This document shows positions 18,198-26,685 of a stretch of DNA of 55,991 nucleotides, piece by piece; the stretch's first letter is position 1; every line of letters begins with the position of its first letter. The stretch lies in assembly GCA_035602295.1 (NCBI GenBank), contig DATNMN010000273.1, positions 1-55,991 on the forward strand. Direction: 5' to 3'. Below the pieces are notes generated by a model, which saw nothing but the letters and a program-made list of their open reading frames with translations, was not told where the DNA came from and did no database searches. The stretch comes from Candidatus Dormiibacterota bacterium (GTDB lineage: Bacteria > Chloroflexota > Dormibacteria > CF-121). The position numbers were made by a program, and so were the translations under genes.

Positions 18198-19145
18198 CTA
18201 GGCTGCGTCGGCGTAGGCGCCGCGCGTTTCGAAATGCGGCGTCATGACGAGGTTGCGGAGAACGTCAGCGCCGATATCGAGGACGACGTGGCCGCGAGCG
18301 CACGACTGAATGTTGTCGGTCAGATCCTGGCTGCCCCAGCCCTTAACGATGTAGCCGCAGGCGCCCCCACGGAGCATCGCCGCAACCTCCTCTGCATCGT
18401 CACTCGCCGAGAAGGCGATCATGCGGGTGGCGGGTGCGACCCGAGCGATCTCGAACGCCACGCGCTCACCACCCCAATCGGGCATACGAACATCGATCAA
18501 GGCTACGTCGGGGCGGGCCGTGGAAGCCAACTCGATCGCATCTTCGACGTTGGTCGCCGTGCCGACCAGGCGCATCCCGGGCTCGCCGTTGATCAGCGCA
18601 TCGACCGCCTCGAGGACCCCCGGGTCATCATCGACAGCGAGGACGCGCACGGGGTCGCGCTCGAAGTCGCGGTTGGCGGGTGCGCGGTCGTTGATGACGG
18701 CCAGCCGCTGAGCCACGTGGCGGCCCAACTCGGGAGAAAGCACGGCGCGGCCTTTGAGGACGTGCTCCATGCCCGTCAGGATCTTTTGCGGCCGGGTGCC
18801 CTTGAGCAGGTAGCCGCTGACCCCCGCCTGCAGCATGCTGATGACGCTCTGTTCGTCGCGGCGCACCGTCAGCGCCAGCATGCGCGTGTGGGGCCAAACT
18901 GAGTGGATGCCTGTTGCGGCCCGCGCGCCGCCGCCGGGCATGTTCATGTCCAGCAATGCGATGTCAGGGTGCAGGGCGTCGGCCATTTCGATCGCGGACC
19001 GCGCGCTCGCGGCCGTCGCCGATACCACCATCCCCGGATGTCCATCGATGAACGCTGAAAGGCTCGACCGGACCAGCTCGCTGTCGTCGACGACCAGCAC
19101 GGTGCGGGAGCTGTAGCGCAGAGGCACGTCGTACCGAGCCAGCAT
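18198..19145 (-). CDS. tandem-receiver (REC-REC) response regulator without output domain
   Basis: Two complete receiver domains (VLVVDDS..LLDMNMPGG.. and VLAVDDD..LIDVRMPDW..), each ending in GY(L/I)(L/V)KG. Confidence 0.8.
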   Translation of the reverse strand: MLARYDVPLRYSSRTVLVVDDSELVRSSLSAFIDGHPGMVVSATAASARSAIEMADALHPDIALLDMNMPGGGARAATGIHSVWPHTRMLALTVRRDEQSVISMLQAGVSGYLLKGTRPQKILTGMEHVLKGRAVLSPELGRHVAQRLAVINDRAPANRDFERDPVRVLAVDDDPGVLEAVDALINGEPGMRLVGTATNVEDAIELASTARPDVALIDVRMPDWGGERVAFEIARVAPATRMIAFSASDDAEEVAAMLRGGACGYIVKGWGSQDLTDNIQSCARGHVVLDIGADVLRNLVMTPHFETRGAYADAA

Positions 19146-19203
19146 TCGTGGCTACGCTAGTTGGGCTCAGGTCGCCGGCACACGGGCAAACGCGGGGGGC
19201 GCT

Positions 19204-19917
19204 CTACCCTAATTGAGGCAGCCGGGCAGGGATGGCCGAGGAACCGACGAAGCCCTGCTCGCCGGCACGGACCACCGCCTCCAGGCGGGAATGGACGCCG
19301 ATCTTATCCATGAGGTTGCGAACGTGGGACCGGACGGTTCCGTAAGCGATCCCCATGTGGCCGGCAATTTGCCGGTTGTCGAGGCCGGCGACCAGCAGGT
19401 TCAGGACTTGCTGCTCGCGGGTCGTGAGGTCCGAAAACAGGCGCGATCGAGAGAGGGCTCGGGCTTCCAGCAGACGCTGGTGACCGGCAAGTGCAACGAG
19501 CCGGTCGGCCGGCACGAGCATCTCACCGCCGGCGGCACGGCGGATCGCGCCTCTCACCTGCGTCGCCACCACTGCCTTGGAGAGATAGGCACATGCGCCG
19601 GACTCGACCGCGGCCAGCACCGCGTCATCGCTGTCGTCGGCGCTGAGGAAGACGATCGCGATTTGGGGCCGCAGCCGCCGGATCCAGGCGGCCGCCTCCG
19701 ACCCGGTACCGTCGGGCAGGCGCGAGTCCATCAACACCACGTCGGGGTTGCGCTCCTCGGCAACGGCGATGGCGTCCCGCATGGTGTCGACCGATCCGAG
19801 GACCGCGAAATCCGGCACATCGCTGAGCAGTGCGACCAGGCTTTCCGCCAGGATCGGGTGATCCTCGACGACCAGCACCACAATCGGCCCGGTCCGGCTG
19901 GTTGATGACGGGTTCAT
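19204..19917 (-). CDS. NarL/FixJ-type response regulator (REC + LuxR HTH)
   Basis: Contains VLVVEDHP..VLMDSRLPDG and a C-terminal LTTREQQVLNLLVAGLDNRQIAGHMGIAYGTVRSHV. 4-nt overlap with the upstream kinase gene. Confidence 0.88.
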   Translation of the reverse strand: MNPSSTSRTGPIVVLVVEDHPILAESLVALLSDVPDFAVLGSVDTMRDAIAVAEERNPDVVLMDSRLPDGTGSEAAAWIRRLRPQIAIVFLSADDSDDAVLAAVESGACAYLSKAVVATQVRGAIRRAAGGEMLVPADRLVALAGHQRLLEARALSRSRLFSDLTTREQQVLNLLVAGLDNRQIAGHMGIAYGTVRSHVRNLMDKIGVHSRLEAVVRAGEQGFVGSSAIPARLPQLG

Positions 19918-20999
19918 ACCGCGGACCCTTGCGCCGCCGGCGCGTCGGCCGGAATCCAGATCGAGGCTCGCGCGTGGCTTCGGACTCTCCGGTCGAATCG
20001 AGCCCAGCCGCCGCCGAGCCGGGCACGAACCGCGATCCGGGCGCGATCGGCCGCCACCGCAAACTCCGTACCCACGTCGACGGTTCCGTCATGCTGCACG
20101 CTGAGCAGAAAGCCGTGATTGTGGTCATCCATCTCGACCACGACCTGGCTAGGACGCGCGGTGCACGCGGCCCGCAACGCGTCTTCGGCGATGCGGAACA
20201 ATGTGACGCGGCGCTGAAAGCCTGGCTGCTGCCGGAGCCGATTGCGGACCTCGGTCGACACGCCATAGTCGGCGCGCAACACCTCGAGCAGTTCACGGAT
20301 CGCGGTGGCGAGGCCCAACCCATCCAGCCCCGGGGCGTGGAGCTTCACCATCAGCTCTCGCAATCCCACGCTCGTGATCTCGAGCAACCCCTCGATGGTC
20401 GTCAGGATCTCGAGATCGGCCGGGTCGGTCACGGCACGGCGGAGCTGCTGCAACCGTAGGCTGGCCGCCGTGACCGATTGGATGCTCCCATCATGGATTT
20501 CGTCGGCGATCCGTTTGCGGTCTAGCTCCTGCGCGCACTGTGCCAGATCCTCGGCCTGCCAGCGTTCGGTCATGTCACGAACCAACACCACGCGCACCGC
20601 CCCACCGGGAGTCACGTGGTGGACCGCGCTGACGTCGATGGGGAACCACGACCCGTCCTTTTTGCGGCCGACCAGCTCGGCGCGGTCCCGGTGTGCGGGC
20701 CCGTTGGACGGCAGCGCGAATGGAATCCCAGTGTCGAGTGGTCCTTCCCCCAGCAGCGAGCTAATCGGCTCACCGACCAGCTCCGCGTCGCGATATCCAA
20801 AGAGGGTTCCCCACGCCGCGTTCACAAACTGGAACGCATCGTTTGCGCCGACGATCGCCATCGCGTCGGGAACAGCCTCCGGCAGCCAGCCCAGCGAGTC
20901 CGCAGAGCACGGCAGCGTTGTGCCCGCGTTGGGGATGCCCACGTCTTCGCGCGACGCGTGCCCATCCGTATCCTTGCGAATGGCGAGAAACTTAGGCAC
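19914..20999 (-). CDS. PAS-domain sensor histidine kinase (HisKA_3 type)
   Basis: A PAS segment followed by H-box RIADEIHDGSIQSV and an ATPase-like C-terminus. Operonic with the 19204..19917 regulator. Confidence 0.82.
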   Translation of the reverse strand: MPKFLAIRKDTDGHASREDVGIPNAGTTLPCSADSLGWLPEAVPDAMAIVGANDAFQFVNAAWGTLFGYRDAELVGEPISSLLGEGPLDTGIPFALPSNGPAHRDRAELVGRKKDGSWFPIDVSAVHHVTPGGAVRVVLVRDMTERWQAEDLAQCAQELDRKRIADEIHDGSIQSVTAASLRLQQLRRAVTDPADLEILTTIEGLLEITSVGLRELMVKLHAPGLDGLGLATAIRELLEVLRADYGVSTEVRNRLRQQPGFQRRVTLFRIAEDALRAACTARPSQVVVEMDDHNHGFLLSVQHDGTVDVGTEFAVAADRARIAVRARLGGGWARFDRRVRSHARASIWIPADAPAAQGSAV

Positions 21000-21077
21000 T
21001 AATACCGAGCGGTACCATTAGTGGCGCGCGAGTTAGGCTTGTGAATTAGGCAGTCCTGCCGATGCAGGGGACTCACA

Positions 21078-21398
21078 GTGAGTGCCACGCTGCGCACGAC
21101 GAGCATTTATAGGTCCCCGGGGGCGATGAGCGTGGGGCGAGGGGGAGCACAATTGGATAGCGGCATGCCGGCTGTCCGGCTGGTGCATGTCGATGGGGTG
21201 GCCGTCCATCACCTGACGCCGCGCCAGGCCGAGGTGCTGCGCTTGCTGGCCCGCGGGTGGACGGATGCCCAGATCGCGGATGAGCTTTTTCTAAGCCGTC
21301 GCACTGTGCATGCCCATCTTCGAGAGATCTTTCGCAAGTTGGGCGTCTCTCACCGGAGCGCTGCGACCCGCTACGCGATCGAGCACGGCCTGGCCTAG
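21078..21398 (+). CDS. stand-alone LuxR/GerE-type HTH protein
   Basis: Contains LTPRQAEVLRLLARGWTDAQIADELFLSRRTVHAHLREIFRKLGV with no receiver or ligand domain. Start uncertain (GTG 21078, ATG 21126 or ATG 21165). Confidence 0.7.
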   Translation: MSATLRTTSIYRSPGAMSVGRGGAQLDSGMPAVRLVHVDGVAVHHLTPRQAEVLRLLARGWTDAQIADELFLSRRTVHAHLREIFRKLGVSHRSAATRYAIEHGLA

Positions 21399-21465
21399 TC
21401 GGCAGCCTGAATACAGAGATCACGCGAAGCGTCCATGACCGTTATGCTTAGCACCGTATAGCACA

Positions 21466-21702
21466 ATGCAGCATCGGTGGCGAGGCGTGGTCTTGGACGA
21501 GACGTATCCGGATAATCTGACATCCCGAGAGGTGCATGTCCTGAAGCTGGTGTCCGCCGGGTTGACCAACCGAGAGATTGCCGAACGGCTCGGCCTCAGC
21601 TCTCGTACCGTGGACGCACATCTGCGCTCGATCTTCGGCAAGATCGGGGTCGGCTCGCGTAGCGCGGCGACCCGCTACGCCGTCGAGCGCGGCCTGGTTT
21701 AG
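21466..21702 (+). CDS. stand-alone LuxR/GerE-type HTH protein (paralog of 21078..21398)
   Basis: Contains LTSREVHVLKLVSAGLTNREIAERLGLSSRTVDAHLRSIFGKIGV. 78 aa. Confidence 0.75.
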   Translation: MQHRWRGVVLDETYPDNLTSREVHVLKLVSAGLTNREIAERLGLSSRTVDAHLRSIFGKIGVGSRSAATRYAVERGLV

Positions 21703-21706
21703 CGAG

Positions 21707-22393
21707 TTAGGCGACCAGCAAGTCGTAGCGCGCGGCGGCGGCCACCGCTTCGAGCTTGGAGTGGGCGTCAAGCTTTTCCAGAATGTCCTGGACATAGCTG
21801 CGCACGGTGTTGAGCGTGAGGCCGAGCTCCCGGGCGATGGCTTTGTTGTCGAGCCCCTGCGCCATCAGCAGCAGCACCTCATGCTCGCGTGGCGTGAACT
21901 GTGACCGCAGCTGGGTGCGATCCTGCTCTTCCCGTGCGCGTTGGTGGACACGGGTCAGCAGTCCCGCCAGTTGCGCCGCTGGAATCAACATTTCCCCTTC
22001 GGCAGCCTTTCGGACAGCCGCCACCACATCCGCCGAGGCGCGCGACTTCGGCAGAAATCCGCACGCACCCACGCGAACGGCGGACAGCAGCGCGTCCTCG
22101 CTGTCATCGCCGCTGACGAACACCAGGCGGGGCCGCGGCCGCTGGTTACGTATCCTCTCGCCTGCCTGCGCTCCTGTCCCGTCCGGGAGGCGAAAGTCCA
22201 TGACGACGACGTCCGGCGCGCCCGCATCGGACATGGTGACGGCATCCTTTACGGTGCCGGCGACGCCCACCACCGTGATGTCACTCTCTCGGTTGAGCAA
22301 GGCCTCGATGCCTTCGGCGACGAGCCGATGGTCCTCGACGAGCAGGACGCGAATCGGTTGCGGCATGGACTCCCTTGTGGTCACTCTGGGCAA
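21707..22393 (-). CDS. NarL/FixJ-type response regulator (REC + LuxR HTH)
   Basis: Contains VLLVEDHRL..VVMDFRLPDG and a C-terminal FTPREHEVLLLMAQGLDNKAIARELGLTLNTVRSYV. Confidence 0.88.
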   Translation of the reverse strand: MPRVTTRESMPQPIRVLLVEDHRLVAEGIEALLNRESDITVVGVAGTVKDAVTMSDAGAPDVVVMDFRLPDGTGAQAGERIRNQRPRPRLVFVSGDDSEDALLSAVRVGACGFLPKSRASADVVAAVRKAAEGEMLIPAAQLAGLLTRVHQRAREEQDRTQLRSQFTPREHEVLLLMAQGLDNKAIARELGLTLNTVRSYVQDILEKLDAHSKLEAVAAAARYDLLVA

Positions 22394-22526
22394 CGAGAGG
22401 TGCGCGGGCTCCTTGCGAGCGCCCGTGTAACGATCAGCGCCCGAAGGCGCTGCGGCCGGGTGACGCCCACTGATGCGCAGTGGTGAGTCGTGACCGGCGG
22501 CCGCACGACTCGGCGACGAGCGACGA

Positions 22527-23879
22527 GTGGGAGTGGGGGTGGGGCCTCGTCGTGTCGCCTTCGATCATTGGCCGCCGGTCTCCTACCATGGGTACGACCT
22601 TACCCGCGCGTCGAGCGCGAGTCTGCCTGCAAATGATGGCTCCGCCATCGCCGCCCAGCGCCAACCCCTGCATCTGCGGGCCGGCCATCCCTACCGGCAC
22701 GAGGCGACACACCGACGCGGTGGCCATAGCATCCGGGCTATGAAAACAGCTATCTCCGGGATGGACGAGGGATCCTCCGCTTTCGGCCGGCTGGAACACG
22801 TCCAAGAGCCATTGGATTACCGCTGGGCGGTACCCGCGCAGCGATTTGCCCGCCGCGGATCGGTGCTGTCGCGACCGGGCACGGAACACCTACTCCGACT
22901 GTTGCAGCCCCAGCGCCGCCATGATTGGGCGTTGCTGGCGGCGATCCGCGATGCGTATGTCAGCGGTGCGGCAACCCGTCACGTGGAAGCCATGGCACGG
23001 CTGGTGGGCGTCGACGGTGTCAGCGATGATGACGTGGTACGTGCGAGCCACGAGCTCGACCGGCAATTACAGACGTTCCGGACGCGCTCGGTATCGGGTG
23101 CCTACCCTTACATCGTCATCGACGCGATCACCCAAAGCGTGCGGCAACGGGGCCGCCTGGCGAGCATGTCGGCGATGGTTGCGGTCGGTGTCGCGGCGAC
23201 CGGGAACCGGGAAGTCCTGGCGATCGAGGTTGACGAAGCGGAGGAACCCGCGGCTTGGTTGCGGCTGCTCAGCGGGCTGCGAGACCGAGGCGTCTATGGG
23301 GTACGCCTGGTTACGGCGAAGGCGCACCCAGGCATCGCGTTAGCGATCGCGCACACGTTTCCCGCGGCCAGCTTCCAGCGGTCGCGCTCGGGGTTGATCC
23401 CTGAACTGCTCGATGTCGTGGCCGAATCCGATCGCCCGGGCCTCGCCACGCAGCTCCGGGCCGTCTTCGTCCAGGACGATCGGGTTGCCGCCCAGTCGCT
23501 GCTGCGAGGCATCCCAAGCGCCTTCCCCTCCAACCCCACCCTCGTCAATGACCTGCGAGATGGAGAAGAGTCGATTCTCGCTTTCTACGATTTGCCCTCA
23601 CCCCACCGTCGCCGCGTCAATTCCGCACGCTGCCTAGCCCACGCCCGTGCGGAGATCCAACGTCACTGCCGGATGATCGGCATCTTCCCCTACCGGCTTT
23701 CGCTTCTGCGGCTATGCGGCGTGATCCTGCAAGAACAGAACGACGAATGGATCGCCGGCCCACGTTATGTCGGCCGCCGCCGCGACGGCACGGCAACAAC
23801 GGTGGGCCAGCCCTGGACGGGGCTCGAAACCGACTCCATCGGATCCCGTAGCACGCGGCGCGTGGTGCCGGCGGCGTGA
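22527..23879 (+). mobile_element. IS256/Mutator-family transposase-like ORF, apparently degenerate (no terminal inverted repeats recognised)
   Basis: From about 22880 onward it reads AIRDAYVSGAATRHVEAMARLVG...YPYIVIDAITQSVRQRG...VAVGVAATGNREVLAIEV...WLRLLSGLRDRGVYGVRLVTAKAHPGI...FQRS...LAFYDLPSPHRRRV...IGIFPYRLSLLRLCGVILQEQNDEW. This tracks the IS256 transposase consensus. The first roughly 120 codons of the ORF are probably not real. Confidence 0.65.
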
Positions 23880-24199
23880 TCGAGATCGAGTCCGCCAAGC
23901 CGGGCGCCCAGCTCGTGCCGCTGCGCCTCGCGCACTTGCGCCTGCAAGTGCTAGACCTTGTGCTCGACGATCTCGAGTATATGCGGCTGGAGGGAGTCCG
24001 GATGCTGCCACCGGACGTCAGCGCCTTGATTGCGGATCTCGCGCGGGCTCACGATGGCACCCTACAGGGCGTTCCCGACGCGCCAGGGTACGAGATAACG
24101 ATCGCGGAGGACCAGCTTCTGGAAGCCCAGGGCCAGATCATGCTCGAGCTGGCGAGCCTGGGTGGCGGCGCGACCTGGGTGGAAGCGGAAATAGCCTAG
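23876..24199 (+). CDS. hypothetical protein
   Basis: 107-aa ORF. Its GTG start overlaps the transposase-like stop (GTGA). No recognisable motif. Confidence 0.35.
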   Translation: MIEIESAKPGAQLVPLRLAHLRLQVLDLVLDDLEYMRLEGVRMLPPDVSALIADLARAHDGTLQGVPDAPGYEITIAEDQLLEAQGQIMLELASLGGGATWVEAEIA

Positions 24200-24310
24200 C
24201 CGACCGTTCACGTTTGCGGACCGCCAACGTTGTCCTTTACAGTAAGTGCGCGCAGAAATCCGGCTCTCTAACTCGGTGAGGAACCTGAGACTTGGTCCAC
24301 GCTGCTACCG

Positions 24311-25090
24311 ATGAGCGCTGCAAACCGTAAAGAGATACCGGTCGCCCGCGAGCGGCTTCTAACGACGCGGGAAGCCGCGACCTTTTTGAAGGTCAGCGAA
24401 GCGTCGATTCGACGCTGGACGGATAGCGGCCTGCTACCGGCGAAGCGTGTCGGTCGCCGCCGTGCCCGCCGTCTGCGCGAAGAAGACCTGACGTCGTTCA
24501 TGGAGGCGGGTCCCAGCCAGAGCACGGCCGCCCCGGACACCAGCCTATCGTCGACCATGGTCATCCAGGACGTCGTCGTCTCGCTGGGGGACCACCTGGC
24601 CGCCTTTTACACCACGGATGCCGGCCGACTCCGGCTCGGCCTGCCCATGATGCGGGACGGCTTGCTGGCGGGTCAAACGGTCGTCTTCAGGGCCACACCT
24701 CATGTGCGCGAACACTATTTCGCCGCGCTACGGAACGAGGGCGTCGACCCTGCGGGGGCCATCCGCGCCGGTCTGATGATGATCTACCCGGAAATCCCTG
24801 GGTCAGCCACGGAGCAGGTCACCCGCTTCGAGCAGCTGCTGACGGAAGCCTCCCGCAAGCGCCCGGGCCCTATCCGCATCCTCGCGGAGGTAGTGGCGGA
24901 TGTCCAAACCCTGGGATCGGTGGCCGAGCACCTGATCGTGGAGCAGCAAGTGGATGCCGTCTTCAAACGATTTCCCGTGGTGACGATCTGCGCCTACGAC
25001 GTCCGCGCCTTCGATGGCGTGGCCGTGATCGAGGCACTCAAACTTCATTCCGACGTCTTTGGGCCTCGAGTAGGCTACTGGCTGAACTGA
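24311..25090 (+). CDS. excisionase-type HTH + MEDS-domain protein
   Basis: The N-terminus LLTTREAATFLKVSEASIRRWTDSGLLPAKRVG is HTH_17-like. It is followed by GDHLAAFYTTD...TICAYDVRAF, typical of MEDS sensory domains. Confidence 0.7.
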   Translation: MSAANRKEIPVARERLLTTREAATFLKVSEASIRRWTDSGLLPAKRVGRRRARRLREEDLTSFMEAGPSQSTAAPDTSLSSTMVIQDVVVSLGDHLAAFYTTDAGRLRLGLPMMRDGLLAGQTVVFRATPHVREHYFAALRNEGVDPAGAIRAGLMMIYPEIPGSATEQVTRFEQLLTEASRKRPGPIRILAEVVADVQTLGSVAEHLIVEQQVDAVFKRFPVVTICAYDVRAFDGVAVIEALKLHSDVFGPRVGYWLN

Positions 25091-25116
25091 CTCCCCGAGT
25101 CGGCCAGAATTGAACC

Positions 25117-26685
25117 GTGGCGAAGCCTCGTAAGCAGGGCGTCCTTGCCCTCGACATCGGTACGTCGTCTGTTCGTGCCGTCGTCTACGACATCCACGGA
25201 CGCATGCGGCCCTCGACGTTGTTCGATGTGCCATACAAAGTCCGGACGACGGAGCCTGGCGAGGTCTCCTCAGACCCCAGGGAATTGGTGACGCTCATTG
25301 CGCAGAGCATCGATGGCACGCTTGTCGCCGCCCGCAAAGGCAAGGTCGAAATTCTCGCCGCCGGTGTTTCCTGCTACTGGCACAGCCTGATGGGGCTCGA
25401 TCGCGCGGATCGCCCCACCACCGAGCTGTTCACCTGGGCCGACACGCGGAGCGCGCTCGAGACACGCGGCTTGCGCGCGCGCTTCGACGAACACGCTTAC
25501 CACGCCCGCACGGGGTGTTTTTTTCACGCCAGCTACTGGCCGTCGAAGCTGCTGTGGTTGCGGGCGACACGAGCCGCCGCCGTTCGGCGGACGGTCCGTT
25601 GGGTGTCGTTGGGCGAGTATCTCTTCCAGCAGCTACTTGGCGAAGGCCCCGTCAGTTACTCGATGGCCTCCGGCACCGGCCTCCTGGATGTCAACCGCTG
25701 TCAATGGGACAAGCAGGCGTTGAAGCTGGCGGGCATCGACGCGACGCAGCTATCGCGGCTCACCGACTGGGACCATCCACTGCACTCGCTGCGTCCCGCC
25801 TTCGCGCGACGCTGGCCGGAGCTTCGCGACATACCCTGGTATCTCCCGGTCGGCGACGGTGGCCTTGCGAATGTGGGCGCCGGCGCCGTGAGCCCGCGCT
25901 GGGTGTGCGCCACGATCGGAACGTCGGGCGCAATGCGAGTAGTGCTGGACCGCGATCGCATCACAGTTCCCTGGGGTACGTTCGTCTACCGCCTCGATCG
26001 GCGCCGATTCGTGCTTGGCGGGGCGCTCAGTGAGGGGGGCAACGTGGTGCGGTGGTTTACCGACGGCCTCGGTCCGCAGAACAAGAAAGCGCTCAAGCAA
26101 GCGGCCGCGCTTATTCCGCCCGATAGCCACGGGCTCACCGTCTTGCCGTTTTGGGCGGGTGAGCGTAGTCCCAACTGGCGAGGTGATGCGCGCGCCGCGA
26201 TCACCGGCCTGTCCCTTGGGACGCAGCCGGCGCAAATGCTCAGGGCGTCGATGGAAGCGATCACGTACCAACTCGTCACGGTGGCCTCAGCGATGCAGCG
26301 CGTTATCACTCGACCGGAGTCGGTGATCGCGACGGGTGGCCAATTGGTTCACTCACCAGCGTGGAGCCAAATCCTGGCCGATGCGCTGAATCAGCGCGTC
26401 ATCACCTCGCCGGAGCCCGAAGCCTCGAGTCGCGGGGCTGCACTGCTGGTGCTCCATGCCCTGGGTAAACTGCCGCGATTCTGGTCGACGACACCGGCAC
26501 GCGGCCGTATTTTCCGTCCACGTGCCCGGGTACACCCCATCTATGAACGCGCCCGGCGCCGCCAGCAAGACCTGTACGACCTGCTCTTTCCTAAGCTCGC
26601 GCAACCCGAGCATGCACCGCCTAATGCCGCGGCGGGATCAGGTTCCAGAAAGAAGGATCTTCGAAGCCCAGCCGCCAGACGCTGA
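25117..26685 (+). CDS. FGGY-family carbohydrate kinase (gluconokinase/xylulokinase-like)
   Basis: Contains LALDIGTSSVRAVVYD, GDGGLANVGAG, and VIATGGQLVHSPAWSQILADAL. Confidence 0.85.
   Translation: MAKPRKQGVLALDIGTSSVRAVVYDIHGRMRPSTLFDVPYKVRTTEPGEVSSDPRELVTLIAQSIDGTLVAARKGKVEILAAGVSCYWHSLMGLDRADRPTTELFTWADTRSALETRGLRARFDEHAYHARTGCFFHASYWPSKLLWLRATRAAAVRRTVRWVSLGEYLFQQLLGEGPVSYSMASGTGLLDVNRCQWDKQALKLAGIDATQLSRLTDWDHPLHSLRPAFARRWPELRDIPWYLPVGDGGLANVGAGAVSPRWVCATIGTSGAMRVVLDRDRITVPWGTFVYRLDRRRFVLGGALSEGGNVVRWFTDGLGPQNKKALKQAAALIPPDSHGLTVLPFWAGERSPNWRGDARAAITGLSLGTQPAQMLRASMEAITYQLVTVASAMQRVITRPESVIATGGQLVHSPAWSQILADALNQRVITSPEPEASSRGAALLVLHALGKLPRFWSTTPARGRIFRPRARVHPIYERARRRQQDLYDLLFPKLAQPEHAPPNAAAGSGSRKKDLRSPAARR

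Noticed and set aside
18007-18198. 63-aa minus-strand ORF between the REC-REC gene and the hybrid kinase (an internal ATG gives MDKRDESHGDHDADALL...).
   Set aside because: It has no motif and an Arg-rich tail. It could be a real small linker gene of the operon, but the sequence alone gives no support.
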